A stretch of DNA of 64,000 nucleotides from Epithemia pelagica (taxonomy: Eukaryota > Protista > Bacillariophyta). A program made the position numbers and the translations under genes. This document shows positions 1 to 10,322 of the stretch, one piece after another. Where the stretch lies: assembly GCA_946965045.2 (NCBI GenBank), contig OX337234.1:3348001-3412000 (forward strand), in the 5' to 3' direction. A model generated the notes under the pieces. That model was not told the origin of the DNA and made no database searches. It saw only the letters and a program-made list of their open reading frames with translations. Every line of letters starts with the position of its first letter. Position 1 is the stretch's first letter.

Positions 1-2
1 TT

Positions 3-1940
3 TGGATACATCCCGAACTTCAGGAGTTCAGTGGGATGGATCTCACGCCACTATTTGGCAAAACCGAATCGGGAGAATTGTACATTGAAGGGTGGTACAG
101 ATGTCCTATGGGACAAAGCCCGTTTCCATTTAACACTGTCCAACAGACAAGGCGACTGAAACGCGTCATGATGGGGGATGCGGCTGACGAAGAAAACGTG
201 TTTCGATGGGCAGGTGTACGAGTGAATCTACCAGGATCAATTGACTACCAGCCGGGAATCCCGTGGATAGCTAAGTATCGTTCGACAGGCGAATTAGCTG
301 CGGACGCACATGATTATGTGGACGATTTACGAGGCACTGGACCCACGGCCGAGGACGCTTGGCAAGTAAGTTCCAGAATTGCAAAGACGGCCTCTTTTCA
401 TGGCGTGCAAGACGCCGCACGCAAACGAAGGGAGCAAACTCAGAGCCCTGGGGCTTGGGCAGGTGTGGTCTGTGGAACGGAACCTCGACGTCCCTACAAA
501 ACCATCACACAAGAAAAATAGGAGAAAACTAAGAAAGAAGTAAGCCGACTCCGAGATGAGCTAGATGCATTAGAGGACGCTTCGCCCAAGAACACTATGA
601 ACAGCAAGACACTGGAGCAAGTTGCTGGGTTTCTCAATCATGTCGGTCGTGCATTCCCAGTCATTAGGATCTATCTAAACGGACTCTATGCGACGTTAAA
701 CAGCTGGAGGCCTGACAGAGATGATGAGGGTTGGAAAATTGGCTCGGATACTCTTCACCTCCAAGACCCATTAGGGTTGGGAACACCAAAGCGAGTTCGC
801 ATGGTTCCTCGTATGCGGTTCGATGTTGTGGCCCTGGAGGAGTTAACAAAAGCAGAAGCGCCGCCACGCCGCATGTTGCGACCGGATAAACAAGGAGCAG
901 TCGTGAGATACTTCTTCGGCGACGCATCGGGTGCTGGTTTTGGGATGTCTGGATGGACGCCAGGAGACCAAGAAGTCGAGGTTGATTTTGGCGCGTGGGA
1001 TCAAAAGGCCATGAGCGGATCCTCGTCAAACTTCAGAGAATTGGCCAACATTGTCATGAAAGTAGAGCAAATGGACCAGGAGGGCCGATTAAATTCCCTG
1101 ACCGAAGTATTCATTTTCACGGACAACATGCATGCCGAGTCCGCCTTCTACCGCGGGACAGCTAAATCACCCGAAGTCCTCAAGCTGATGTTTCGCCTTC
1201 ATAGAGTACTGATGAAGGGAGAGGCCTTCATACACGTAGTATGGGTGGCCGGAAAGAGGATGATCACGCAAGGGACAGACGGGTTGTCGCGTTCCGACTT
1301 GACAAGCGGCGTCATGAGGGGAGAGAAGATGCTCGACTTCGTCCCCTTGCATCTCACAGCAGATCAACGCCAACCACGTGTGCTTTCGTCTTTGCTTCGG
1401 CAATTGGTCGACGATACAGATGAAATCCACGTCTTGAAAATGAGCGATTGGTTTTCAAAACCAATGGACAGCGATGGAATCTTCGTGTGGATCCCACCTC
1501 CGTGTATTGCCGATGTTGCTGTGTTCACCATGGCAGAGGCGTGGCATATACGGCCGTGGAATACGCATGTATTCATTGCACCCTCGTTGATGAGCGGTCG
1601 TTGGCGGCGGATGCTATCCAAGGCATCTGACATGTTCTGTGTGCTACCTTTTGAGAATGCAATTTGGCCAAAAGATTTGGAACACGAACCGCTAACGATT
1701 GCCTTCACTTTTCCTCTGTTAAACAGAAATCCTTGGCGAGTTAGATTCACGGAGCTTCTCCGTAATGACCGAGATGTGTTGCGTCAGATGCACCGGAAAT
1801 CTTTCGCACACGCGAGGGATTATCTGCGCAAATTATGGGTATGCGCGAGGGCATTGGAAACCCTGCCTGGGGGCGTATCACGCTCAGTGTTATGTAGTCC
1901 CGGGAGACCAGGACCCATTTCCTCGAGACCTCAAGCCTAG
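3..1940 (+). pseudogene. Reverse transcriptase / RNase H / DNA adenine-methyltransferase-like ORF of the DIRS element, interrupted by one in-frame TAG
   Basis: ORFs 36..521 and 597..1940 are in the same frame, separated only by TAG 519-521, and no other stop lies between them. RT motifs RCPMGQSP and HDYVDDLR. RNase H motifs FGDASGAGFG, NFRELANI, IFTDNMHA and QGTDGLSR. C-terminal FVWIPPP...VFIAPSLMSGRW resembles the DIRS MT domain. Confidence 0.85.
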
Positions 1941-3306
1941 ACAATTCGAAATGGACGGGCAAGGGAATCTAGTCGAAGAAGAAGAAGGCTGGGAAACAAC
2001 AGCTGAAGAGAAACGAGTGTTGGATGAGTGGTTCTGTCATGCGCGACCAGGCGATCATTTGATAACTCCGTTCCAGTGTGAACTCTGCCATTTTCGGAAC
2101 GTATTCAAAAGGGATCCTAATATGTCCAGCGAAGAAGATAAGTGGGCTTTAAAATGCATTATTCGGGCCAACTTAGACGCTTTTTGGGCTCGCCGATCCA
2201 GCACCGTTCAAGGAAATACTCGAGAAATGGCGAGATCTATGGGCATTCTGAGATCCTTGAGAATCTCTTCGCCAACTTCTATCCATCGCCGAGGGCCTTA
2301 TCCCATCGAAGACGTGATGGGGATGATACCGGCCATGATCTCATTGCAGAGATCCTTGGACAAGGGCCGAAATTCGAAGACCATCCAATGGGACACGATG
2401 AGAGGAGTGCGATCGACATTTTCAAACTTCATTCACACCACCATCTCTGGAACACGAGGGGCTGTATTGAGTGACGGTCGTCGGTCGACACGAATCACTG
2501 AGAGTGTCGCCAATTCGTTGTGGTTCAAACGATTCATGGATGGATGCCATGAGCGAATGGGTGATGTGAAAATCCAAGATGCAGCGATGTCCATTGAGTT
2601 GCTTTTGGAATTGGAAAAGTTGTTGGATATACAGTTTCAGCAATTAAAAGAAGGCAAGGTTGATCAGTCTCTGTTTGAGGTTGTCACATTGGGAGCATCG
2701 CTCACTTTGGGTTTCTCAAGCGCGTTGCGAGGAGAAGAACTCGCTCACATTCGGTTGATGGAGACGATTGCTTTCACGAAACAGGGACTCAAGCATCCGA
2801 GAAACCCTCACATTCTGTTGGCTTTGGAAGGTCGATTCAAAGGTTTGATCGCGCGTCAAAAACACAAGATACCACTTGTCTTGACGACGCGATCTGGAAT
2901 CCCAAATAAGAAATGGTTGCTTCGGTTGTTCCATGCTTATGAACGATCGGGAGCTCGATATGGGCCGCTTCTTCGGGCGTCTCCTCGGAGTGAAAGAGCA
3001 GTGTCAATCCAACAATTGGACCTGTGGCTCCACGAAGTGTTAATTGAGTGTCAGAAACAACATCCAGAGTTGCTGGGCAATGACTTGGAATCCTTGGCGA
3101 CTTACAGTTTTCGACGATCTCTCAGAAGAGGCTCGACGACTCAGGCCAGGAATCAAAAGATACCAAAAGATGTGGTGGTACTCAACAACCGGTGGCGATC
3201 TGAGGAGCAAGCACGAGCACGGGTGGCCCAGTCTGACATGATCGACCTGTACACAGATGTCGTCGCAGCCCTATCAACATTGTTACAATATTCGGAAGCG
3301 CTATAA
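1765..3306 (+). CDS. Tyrosine recombinase (YR) of the DIRS-like element, 513 aa
   Basis: Motifs SALRGEEL (R), RSLRRGSTT (box II), NNRWRS (W) and DLYT (catalytic Y). Overlaps the RNase H ORF by 176 nt. Cys/His-rich N-terminus. Confidence 0.88.
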   Translation: MTEMCCVRCTGNLSHTRGIICANYGYARGHWKPCLGAYHAQCYVVPGDQDPFPRDLKPRQFEMDGQGNLVEEEEGWETTAEEKRVLDEWFCHARPGDHLITPFQCELCHFRNVFKRDPNMSSEEDKWALKCIIRANLDAFWARRSSTVQGNTREMARSMGILRSLRISSPTSIHRRGPYPIEDVMGMIPAMISLQRSLDKGRNSKTIQWDTMRGVRSTFSNFIHTTISGTRGAVLSDGRRSTRITESVANSLWFKRFMDGCHERMGDVKIQDAAMSIELLLELEKLLDIQFQQLKEGKVDQSLFEVVTLGASLTLGFSSALRGEELAHIRLMETIAFTKQGLKHPRNPHILLALEGRFKGLIARQKHKIPLVLTTRSGIPNKKWLLRLFHAYERSGARYGPLLRASPRSERAVSIQQLDLWLHEVLIECQKQHPELLGNDLESLATYSFRRSLRRGSTTQARNQKIPKDVVVLNNRWRSEEQARARVAQSDMIDLYTDVVAALSTLLQYSEAL

Positions 3307-4035
3307 CAGGGTGTGCCAGATTCACACCAAATTTTCAAGAGATGATACGGAGGGGGAGAGGATTGCACCTCAGTGCAATCAGTCGTTTGCGAACCCACTG
3401 ACGGAAGAAGATGGGGTTCGGAGTTATTGGGGTTCTGATCCATTCCCACCTTGGCCGGGGGAATTGGGTCGGACGGCTTTAGCGGAGGTTCGCCCCGCGT
3501 GCCGACTCGGGATTAACATCTTGAGGACTTCCGGCTTCGGGACTCGTACGATTCTTCAGGGGGTAAGAGCGGGACTCGCTTTGACAGCGGCAGTCCCGCG
3601 TCGATTTTGGTATCCAACCACACCTTGATGTGATTTGACACCGCTCCACTGGGAAGGAGTTCCCCTTACCATAAGACGACATAATCTAGAGGATTATGTC
3701 TGCTACTACCCAGCGTCATTCTACGACTCTTCGCCACGTTCGGTCATGTGTCACGAGAAAGAGAACAGTTTGTCTGAAGGGAAAGAAAGTGCCGAAGTGG
3801 ATACGGATATAACACTCTTCTCGAGTGTAGCGGCGTTCTCGTGTCGTTGCTGAATGGAACCGAATTGAAGAGATTTTCCTTTGGAACACAGAGTTTTGCC
3901 ACCAAGGTAGGGGGCTCGCCCCTCTTTATACATGCCATTTTGCGCAACAGACTCTTGGTTCGATTGTCCACGTTCGAAAGCTGCTGTACGGAAACGTTGA
4001 TAAAGAAAAAACAGACAAAGGTTGGAGAAGAAGAA

Positions 4036-6321
4036 ATGAGAGACACAATGACTCGCCATCGTGGTACTGGATCTGTTATGCCAACGCCTATATTTGGCAC
4101 ACCCTCGCTTCAACAACAACCCTCCAATAAACGAAAACGACACTCCAAGTCCATGCATTGGTTGGATCGATTGCAATATGGGTTGGTTGCGCTCTATGCT
4201 CTTTTATTGGTTGGATTCTTGTCGTGGGGCTTCACCACCTTGACCACTACTTCCACGACGGACCAGCCACCATCGTCATCAGCATCACTTCAGCAGCACC
4301 ACAAATCATTGTGGTCTGTTCGAACCAACCATGATCCAGCCACTCCAGCAACGACAACCACCACCACCAGCAAGTGTGCTCAAGAGTATCATCGTGTCAC
4401 ACATTCGTTAGTATCTCAGACGGGTTTGACAGTCGACGATTTGGAACGATCCAAATTGTACAAGGGAATTCATCAAAATCGTTGGATGCACAATTTAATT
4501 CCCAAATTACTCCATCGGCAAGAGCCCCTATCCGTTGTGGTCTTGGGAGGATCCATTACCTTGGGACATGGGGTCCATCCCGAAACCCTACGGTATTCGA
4601 ATCAATTGCAAACCTGGCTCAATCAGTACTATCCAGTCGTACACCAGAACGAAAACCACCGCACTGCAACAACAACAACCAAACGCCGCACCGGGCATCG
4701 CGTACGGAATTTAGGGTCTCATGGTGCCGACATGTGTGCCATGGCCAAACGATTGAATCTAATATTACCACTCCATGAGGATGATCCTGACGCATCACCA
4801 CCGGATTTGTTTGTCTTGGAGTTTGCGGTCAATGATTATCAAGGTCAAGATTATGAAACCCATTTGGATCACAAGGCATCCATATTTTTTGACGGGTTTC
4901 AATCCTTGGCCTTTTGTGCCGAAGTGGTCGTTCATCGACTCTTGACGGATCATCCGCAGGCGACGGTCTTGTTTTTGGAATTCCAAACGGCCATTGTCAC
5001 GCGCAAAACGGCTCAATTCCTCCATGTCGGTGTCGCCCAACATTATGGCATTCCCGTGCTGTCCTATTCCGAAGCCCTCTTTCCCCAACTGTACAACTTG
5101 TGGAACCAATTACGACCCTTCCAGTACTCGATACCCACGAAACATAGCAGCAGCACGAATCTACGGTCGACCACAACGACAGGAGACACAAACCTTCCCA
5201 CCAGTATCGTTCAGCCCTATCCTCATGGATGTACCACTACCTGTCCTCGGGAAACCATCAATCCGCAATTTCGTGCCGGGGGATGCAAGTCCTTGTGTGT
5301 CTTTGCCCAGCGATCGGGCTATCTTCACAATTGCAGTCACGAACAACCGTCCACAGTGTCATCATCATCATCAACATCACCACACCAACCATCAGGACAC
5401 AATGACAAGCATTTTCAATCCTTGATCTTTCAGCCCTGTTATATTCCCTTTTTTGCGCATGATGCCGTCCATCCTTCGGCTGTAGGACATGTCATTGCGA
5501 CGCACATCTTGGCCGATTGGATTGCCGAAGCGGCCGAGACGGCCTGTTCCAATCCTTCTTCTTCTGTGGCAACAACAACAACGACAATGAGCGAACTGAT
5601 CCCCTCCAAAAGTAATGTACCGGCGATGGTTTCTAGCAACAATGGACGAAAAATCCCACCGGATATCCCCTGGTATAGTGGATGGCTCGTGGCTGGTCCC
5701 ACTTATCACGATCAATTGTTGGAACAGTCCAATTTTGACTTGGTGCAAGATACCTATTTTATTTTTGGAAATCATCATCCCTTGATCTCTCACAATCATA
5801 GCAGTGGCTTTGCCTTGACATCGGCCAGCATGGCGGATCGCATGGGATGGAAGGCCATCAATCCCATGGGCGGAGAATACGTCACGTTTGACATTCGCCT
5901 CCCACAACAACCACACCCTGGCGGATATCAAGTCTTTTTGTCGGTCGTGAGATCCTATGCCAATGTTGGAACCTTTACCGTCCGAGTGACAAACAAGGAC
6001 GAGACCAATCAGACAATTTCCATTTCCTCTCCCCAAACGCATGATTTGTTGTGGAAACCACATATTTCCATTCCCTTTGATTTTCAAGTGACCGATTGCG
6101 TGCACAACGAGAGCAAAAACAAGAAAACGAAGAAGAAGACAGATGGTTCCACGGGAAACCCTCCCCTCGGCGTACATGAACAACAAACATCCCTTATACT
6201 GTTGCCGTCTTGTTTGGGAAACTGTCAAGTGACAGTCTGGACCAATCCGCAAGTTACAGATCGTCCTGGTCGGAATCAAGTCAAGATTGTGTCACTCTCG
6301 GCTCGCAAATGTGCCGTGTAG
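4036..6321 (+). CDS. SGNH/GDSL-family hydrolase (esterase-like), type II membrane protein, ~761 aa
   Basis: Blocks VVLGGSITLGHG, NLGSHG, EFAVND and DAVHPS. Hydrophobic anchor LQYGLVALYALLLVGFLSWGF. Start placed at the first ATG (4036) of ORF 3841..6321. Confidence 0.8.
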   Translation: MRDTMTRHRGTGSVMPTPIFGTPSLQQQPSNKRKRHSKSMHWLDRLQYGLVALYALLLVGFLSWGFTTLTTTSTTDQPPSSSASLQQHHKSLWSVRTNHDPATPATTTTTTSKCAQEYHRVTHSLVSQTGLTVDDLERSKLYKGIHQNRWMHNLIPKLLHRQEPLSVVVLGGSITLGHGVHPETLRYSNQLQTWLNQYYPVVHQNENHRTATTTTKRRTGHRVRNLGSHGADMCAMAKRLNLILPLHEDDPDASPPDLFVLEFAVNDYQGQDYETHLDHKASIFFDGFQSLAFCAEVVVHRLLTDHPQATVLFLEFQTAIVTRKTAQFLHVGVAQHYGIPVLSYSEALFPQLYNLWNQLRPFQYSIPTKHSSSTNLRSTTTTGDTNLPTSIVQPYPHGCTTTCPRETINPQFRAGGCKSLCVFAQRSGYLHNCSHEQPSTVSSSSSTSPHQPSGHNDKHFQSLIFQPCYIPFFAHDAVHPSAVGHVIATHILADWIAEAAETACSNPSSSVATTTTTMSELIPSKSNVPAMVSSNNGRKIPPDIPWYSGWLVAGPTYHDQLLEQSNFDLVQDTYFIFGNHHPLISHNHSSGFALTSASMADRMGWKAINPMGGEYVTFDIRLPQQPHPGGYQVFLSVVRSYANVGTFTVRVTNKDETNQTISISSPQTHDLLWKPHISIPFDFQVTDCVHNESKNKKTKKKTDGSTGNPPLGVHEQQTSLILLPSCLGNCQVTVWTNPQVTDRPGRNQVKIVSLSARKCAV

Positions 6322-7001
6322 TAGCAAGCATGCATGTCTGAAGTCCTCCGCGACATCGAACACTTCTTTCTTTCTTACCATGAGTCATTGGTATGAATGG
6401 ATTCCATTGTGAAAATGACACTGGTCCCCAAACGCAAGGACGTGGTCTACCGGTAGCTAGGCGCAAAACAGAAACCCGTGGTCGTCACTGCTTGGTGGAC
6501 GTTCCCCGGAGAGAGCGTCAACGAGAACTTTTTTGGCAAATTCCAACATGGAACAAGATGGATCCGTCCTCCTTCATTGATCGAATATAGCTCGATGGTT
6601 ATCCGTCAGGAGAAAGGAGTCCTAGATTCCACGTTGAAGCCTCTACTCCTACAATACGATGCACGAACGATCACGGGACTGGATTACCCCCCAACGGAAC
6701 ACGAACTGAAGTATACGAACTCAGAAGAACTCCGCGATCCAATTTGGGCGATTGTATTCATTTACTATTGCCGTGCCATATTCAACGTCTTTCATTCATG
6801 TGCCGTGTGCAGTGCGCGCTCTGATATAACAGCCCCCTTTCCCCCAAAGGAACTTCTCCAAGTTTCGTCCTCCATTCGGAAGAAAGGCGTTCGCGTTCGC
6901 ATTTGCTGTGCATTTTTTGTGTTCGCTTTTTCTCGCTGTGCAATGAGGCCAGAACTGTTTCGGCTCATAAAACACAAACCAACAACAACACACTCACAAT
7001 C

Positions 7002-7926
7002 ATGAAGGTTATCGCAATCAACAAGGCTAGCGGCGTTTTGCTATTGGCGGTGGTGCTTTTGCTCCGAGGAACCAAGACCGGTGCTCGTTTGCTTCGTTCC
7101 TCAGGAGACGAGATCCATAACAACAATGACTCTATCGAAAGTCCCCCGCGTAGAATGATCACCAGCGAAACCTCCCCCGACGAAGAGCATGTAGACAGTA
7201 CTAACTCCTATGACCCCTACAACAACACCAACGGACAACAAAACAACACCGATCACCAACAAAACACTACCACGGTAATACCGACAGTCGTTTCCAGCGC
7301 CCCTTCGGTATGTGACCAACAGTATTGTGATCCCTGTCCTCCTCTTGGTACCTTCTCTCACTTTAATTCTTGATTTTGGCAACCCATAGTGTGGATGTCA
7401 GGGTCGACAAGATCCGGTGCCCTTTTATGTTCGTGGTGAGAACGATACCACCTTTCTCCAAGCACGTCTCATGGATCCTCCCAATATCATAGGGGCGACT
7501 TGCATGTTGGCCCGTGCTCCCGAGACAGATTACCAACGCATCCAAATGGCCAAAGCCTGTAAACATTCGGAAAAGTGTTGGATCGGCGCCATTGCCACTC
7601 AAGCCTATGGCAGCACCATGGTTTGCAATACCCAATACAGTGGCGCATTCAATCAAACGGAATGTGAGCGCGTTCGAAGTTTGTTTCGCAATTTGGGCCA
7701 TACCAACCTCCCGGACGTGAACCATGCTCCGATTCCCTTTGCCTTTTGGGCTAACAACGAGCCCAACAACTATCAGAGCAATGATCAATTTCGTCTGGTG
7801 ATATCTGCCTTTGTCTCACCAAACTCTGGTGGATTGTTGTTTGCGGAACATGGGGATGAGACAAACCGTCACAAGCCCTTGTTTCAATGCTGCAATGATG
7901 ATATCGAGGAAACTTGTCCCTTTTAG
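7002..7926 (+). CDS. Secreted Cys-rich protein with C-type-lectin-like domain (copy A), 2 exons, 280 aa
   Basis: Exons 7002-7307 and 7390-7926. Intron GTATGT...CATAG in phase 0, conserved in copy B. Signal-peptide-like N-terminus. Motifs CWIG, FWANNEPNN and FQCC. Confidence 0.75.
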
Positions 7927-9189
7927 AAAGAGGGGAGATCTACGATGAACAGACTGACCACCATGATGATGATGACACTTTTAGATGAATATTTTTTGGA
8001 GGGCGTTGCAGGATCTTTACTCATATTCTCCTGTAACAACCAAAAACATTTTTTGCAAGAAAAACAAAGACTTCGTTGTTCATTTAATTGTAGGACCAAA
8101 CTGTCTGTAAAGTGTGTGAGTGAAGAATCTGAGAATTTCTTCCAAGGTCTCTATCAAAGTTGTGTAAGTTGTGCGCATCTCAGGCAAACTATCTTATACC
8201 TTTGGGACTTGGGGGTATGACTTGGAACGCATTGTCAATAGCAGTGTCCATTTACATTCCATGCTTGCCAGAGCTGTGTGCCAGCAAGTCAATCTTCAGA
8301 TCGAGACTTGCGTTGTTGCAACGTCGAATTGACGGAAAGCCGTCCTTCTTGAATTCATCATCAAAAATATGTGCACCTTTTTGACATTTTCGTCCCAACG
8401 CCGGTGGACCCTATCTTAAAGGCTACAGTAGTGTTGCCGCTCTTCGAACCCAGTATTGCATAGCACTGTGTATGTTTCCGAGAAAGAGGGAGATCGCGAG
8501 TTGCGGTCGAACTTCTATTAAACCGCCTTGATACTATCAAGACCGGTCGATGCAACCAAAATAAATAAACCTTCTACATGAGTGCATTTCGGATGGTTCT
8601 GGCGCATGTAAACCCTGAAAACTGAAATAAACCCTGATTCTGCGCCCGCTGCAATATCGAGAGAATGGAGGTCTTTTTAAAAAATTAGGGTGAGTCGACC
8701 GACGCGCCCAACCCCAAAATCGGCAGAGGTACAGACTTTCCACGTGGAAGTCTTTGAGGCGCACGATTAACCACGGGACTTCACTACAACACCTCACGTA
8801 ACACAAACCTAACTACGAACCATGGAGAACTCACATTTTGCAGCGAGCAAGAGCATTCCCCCAAACAATGTCAGATTCGGAAGCAAAGAAAAATGTCAAC
8901 AGTCCACATCAAACCCTTCTCATAAACCACAAAACCGACCAACCAACTAACAACAAACACAACACAAAACCACAATAATGAAGGTTATCGCAATCTACAA
9001 GGCTAGCGGCGTTATGCTTTGTGCCATGGCACTTTTCGTTGGCGGAGCCAAGACCAGTGCGCGGTTGCTTCGTTCCTCAGCCGACGAGACCTACAACAAC
9101 AACGGCAATGACTCTATCGAAAGTCCCCCGCGTCGAGTGACCACCAATGAAACCTTCCCCGACGAAGGACAAGCAGACAGTGGTAACTC

Positions 9190-9276
9190 CTACAATCCCT
9201 ACAACAACACCAACGGACAACAAAACAATACCGTGTACAACCCCTACAACAACACCAACGGACAACAAAACAATAC
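9190..9276 (+). repeat. 45-bp tandem duplication in exon 1 of copy B (YNPYNNTNGQQNNT twice)
   Basis: The segment occurs once in copy A and twice in copy B. Confidence 0.85.
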
Positions 9277-9533
9277 TAATCACGAACAAAACACAACCAC
9301 AGACAAAGAACCGACAGTCGTTCCCAGCGCACCCTCGGTAGGTGACCAACAGTATTGTGAACCCAGTCCTCGTTTTCGATCCTTTTCTCACTTTTTTTCT
9401 TACTTGCTTTTGTTGTCTCCATATACAGTGTGGATGTCTGGGTCGACAAGATCCGGTGCCCTTTTATGTTCGTGGTTTGAATGATATCACCTTTCTGGAA
9501 GCTCGTCTCATGGATCCTCCCAACGTCACAGGA

Positions 9534-9538
9534 GCGAC
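9534..9538. repeat. Target site duplication GCGAC (left; right copy 19318-19322)
   Basis: GCGAC flanks both ends. Paralog A has a single GCGAC at 7495-7499. Confidence 0.93.
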
Positions 9539-10270
9539 ACTTAATGTAAACAGATATCTAGGTGTTGGTAAAGACACGTGTTAGATATAGGTGAGGTAGT
9601 CAATATAGCTCGGGTAGCCGACCTACTGCGGTGAAACGACGATGGGGCCCTCACCTTCGAATCAGCAACTAGGTCGACTCTCTTTCACAAACAGTTTGGT
9701 TACAAACTTTTGGTTTATAAAAAGAGTGAGCTTATTCTAAGATGAAAAGTGATTTTGGAGCAGGTTTGATCTCCTCGATCCTCTAGGTATGGAACTTGTT
9801 CTATTTGTTCCATAGAGCAGTTCTTTTTGTTCTGTGCACTAGTGGGAGATCTCACCTCTCCTATTGTATCTTGTTTTGGATCTTTACTCGATGGACTTAC
9901 CTTTGACACTCTTCAGGTGGCCGGATGGCCTGCCTGAGATCCATTTGTTTTCTCAATATTGAGAGGAAGATTCGGTATCCGGTGGCTCGCCCGACATGCA
10001 AATATATACGGCTGTATAGTGGGCTCGCGGTCTGGCAAGTTTTTATGTAAATAATATAGTAGGGCGTAAGTCACGTAAAGTTCCTTAGTTTTGGCAAGCA
10101 GCGCGATCAGTACTCTAAAGCAGCTGCTCGATGCGTTGAGGTTCAATTGACGTGCGTTGAGGTGCAACGCCTGCTTCTGATCGGCATGTGGCACGTCTGA
10201 CCGCACGTCACGCATATAGCTAGAGGAAATAGTCTAATGTCTAGAGAGTTGAGAGCGGTATTCTATAACT
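9539..10270 (-). repeat. 3' LTR (732 bp)
   Basis: Direct repeat of 18586-19317. Four substitutions found by eye (near 9604, 10026, 10096, 10224). Confidence 0.97.
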
Positions 10271-10279
10271 CTCCCTCTC
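10271..10279 (-). promoter_or_regulatory. Polypurine tract GAGAGGGAG
   Basis: Purine run immediately upstream of the 3' LTR on the element strand. Confidence 0.85.
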
Positions 10280-10322
10280 ATGGAGTGATTGATGGAGAAT
10301 CACGACGTGGTATGATGTCAGT

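Larger units (their letters stand above)
1..3600 (+). mobile_element. DIRS-like (tyrosine recombinase) retrotransposon, 5'-truncated by the window edge; right end not resolved
   Basis: Order RT (YVDD) - RNase H - MT-like segment - overlapping tyrosine recombinase ORF, which is the DIRS layout. A structured non-coding tail runs to about 3600. Terminal repeats cannot be confirmed because the 5' end lies outside the window. Confidence 0.85.

Noticed and set aside
3200-3206. CTGAGGA hammerhead-core-like heptamer
   Set aside because: Inside the YR coding region, with no flanking stems or GAAA partner found.
3841-4035. N-terminal extension of the SGNH ORF from a TTG start
   Set aside because: Bacterial-style start called by the ORF tool; the first ATG is at 4036.
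6478-7005. 175-aa ORF upstream of lectin-like copy A
   Set aside because: Non-ATG start, no motifs, and it runs across the promoter region of the real gene.
9715-10215. ORFs of 64 and 100 aa duplicated at 18762..19262
   Set aside because: They lie inside the LTRs, so duplication is explained by the LTR and gives no coding evidence.
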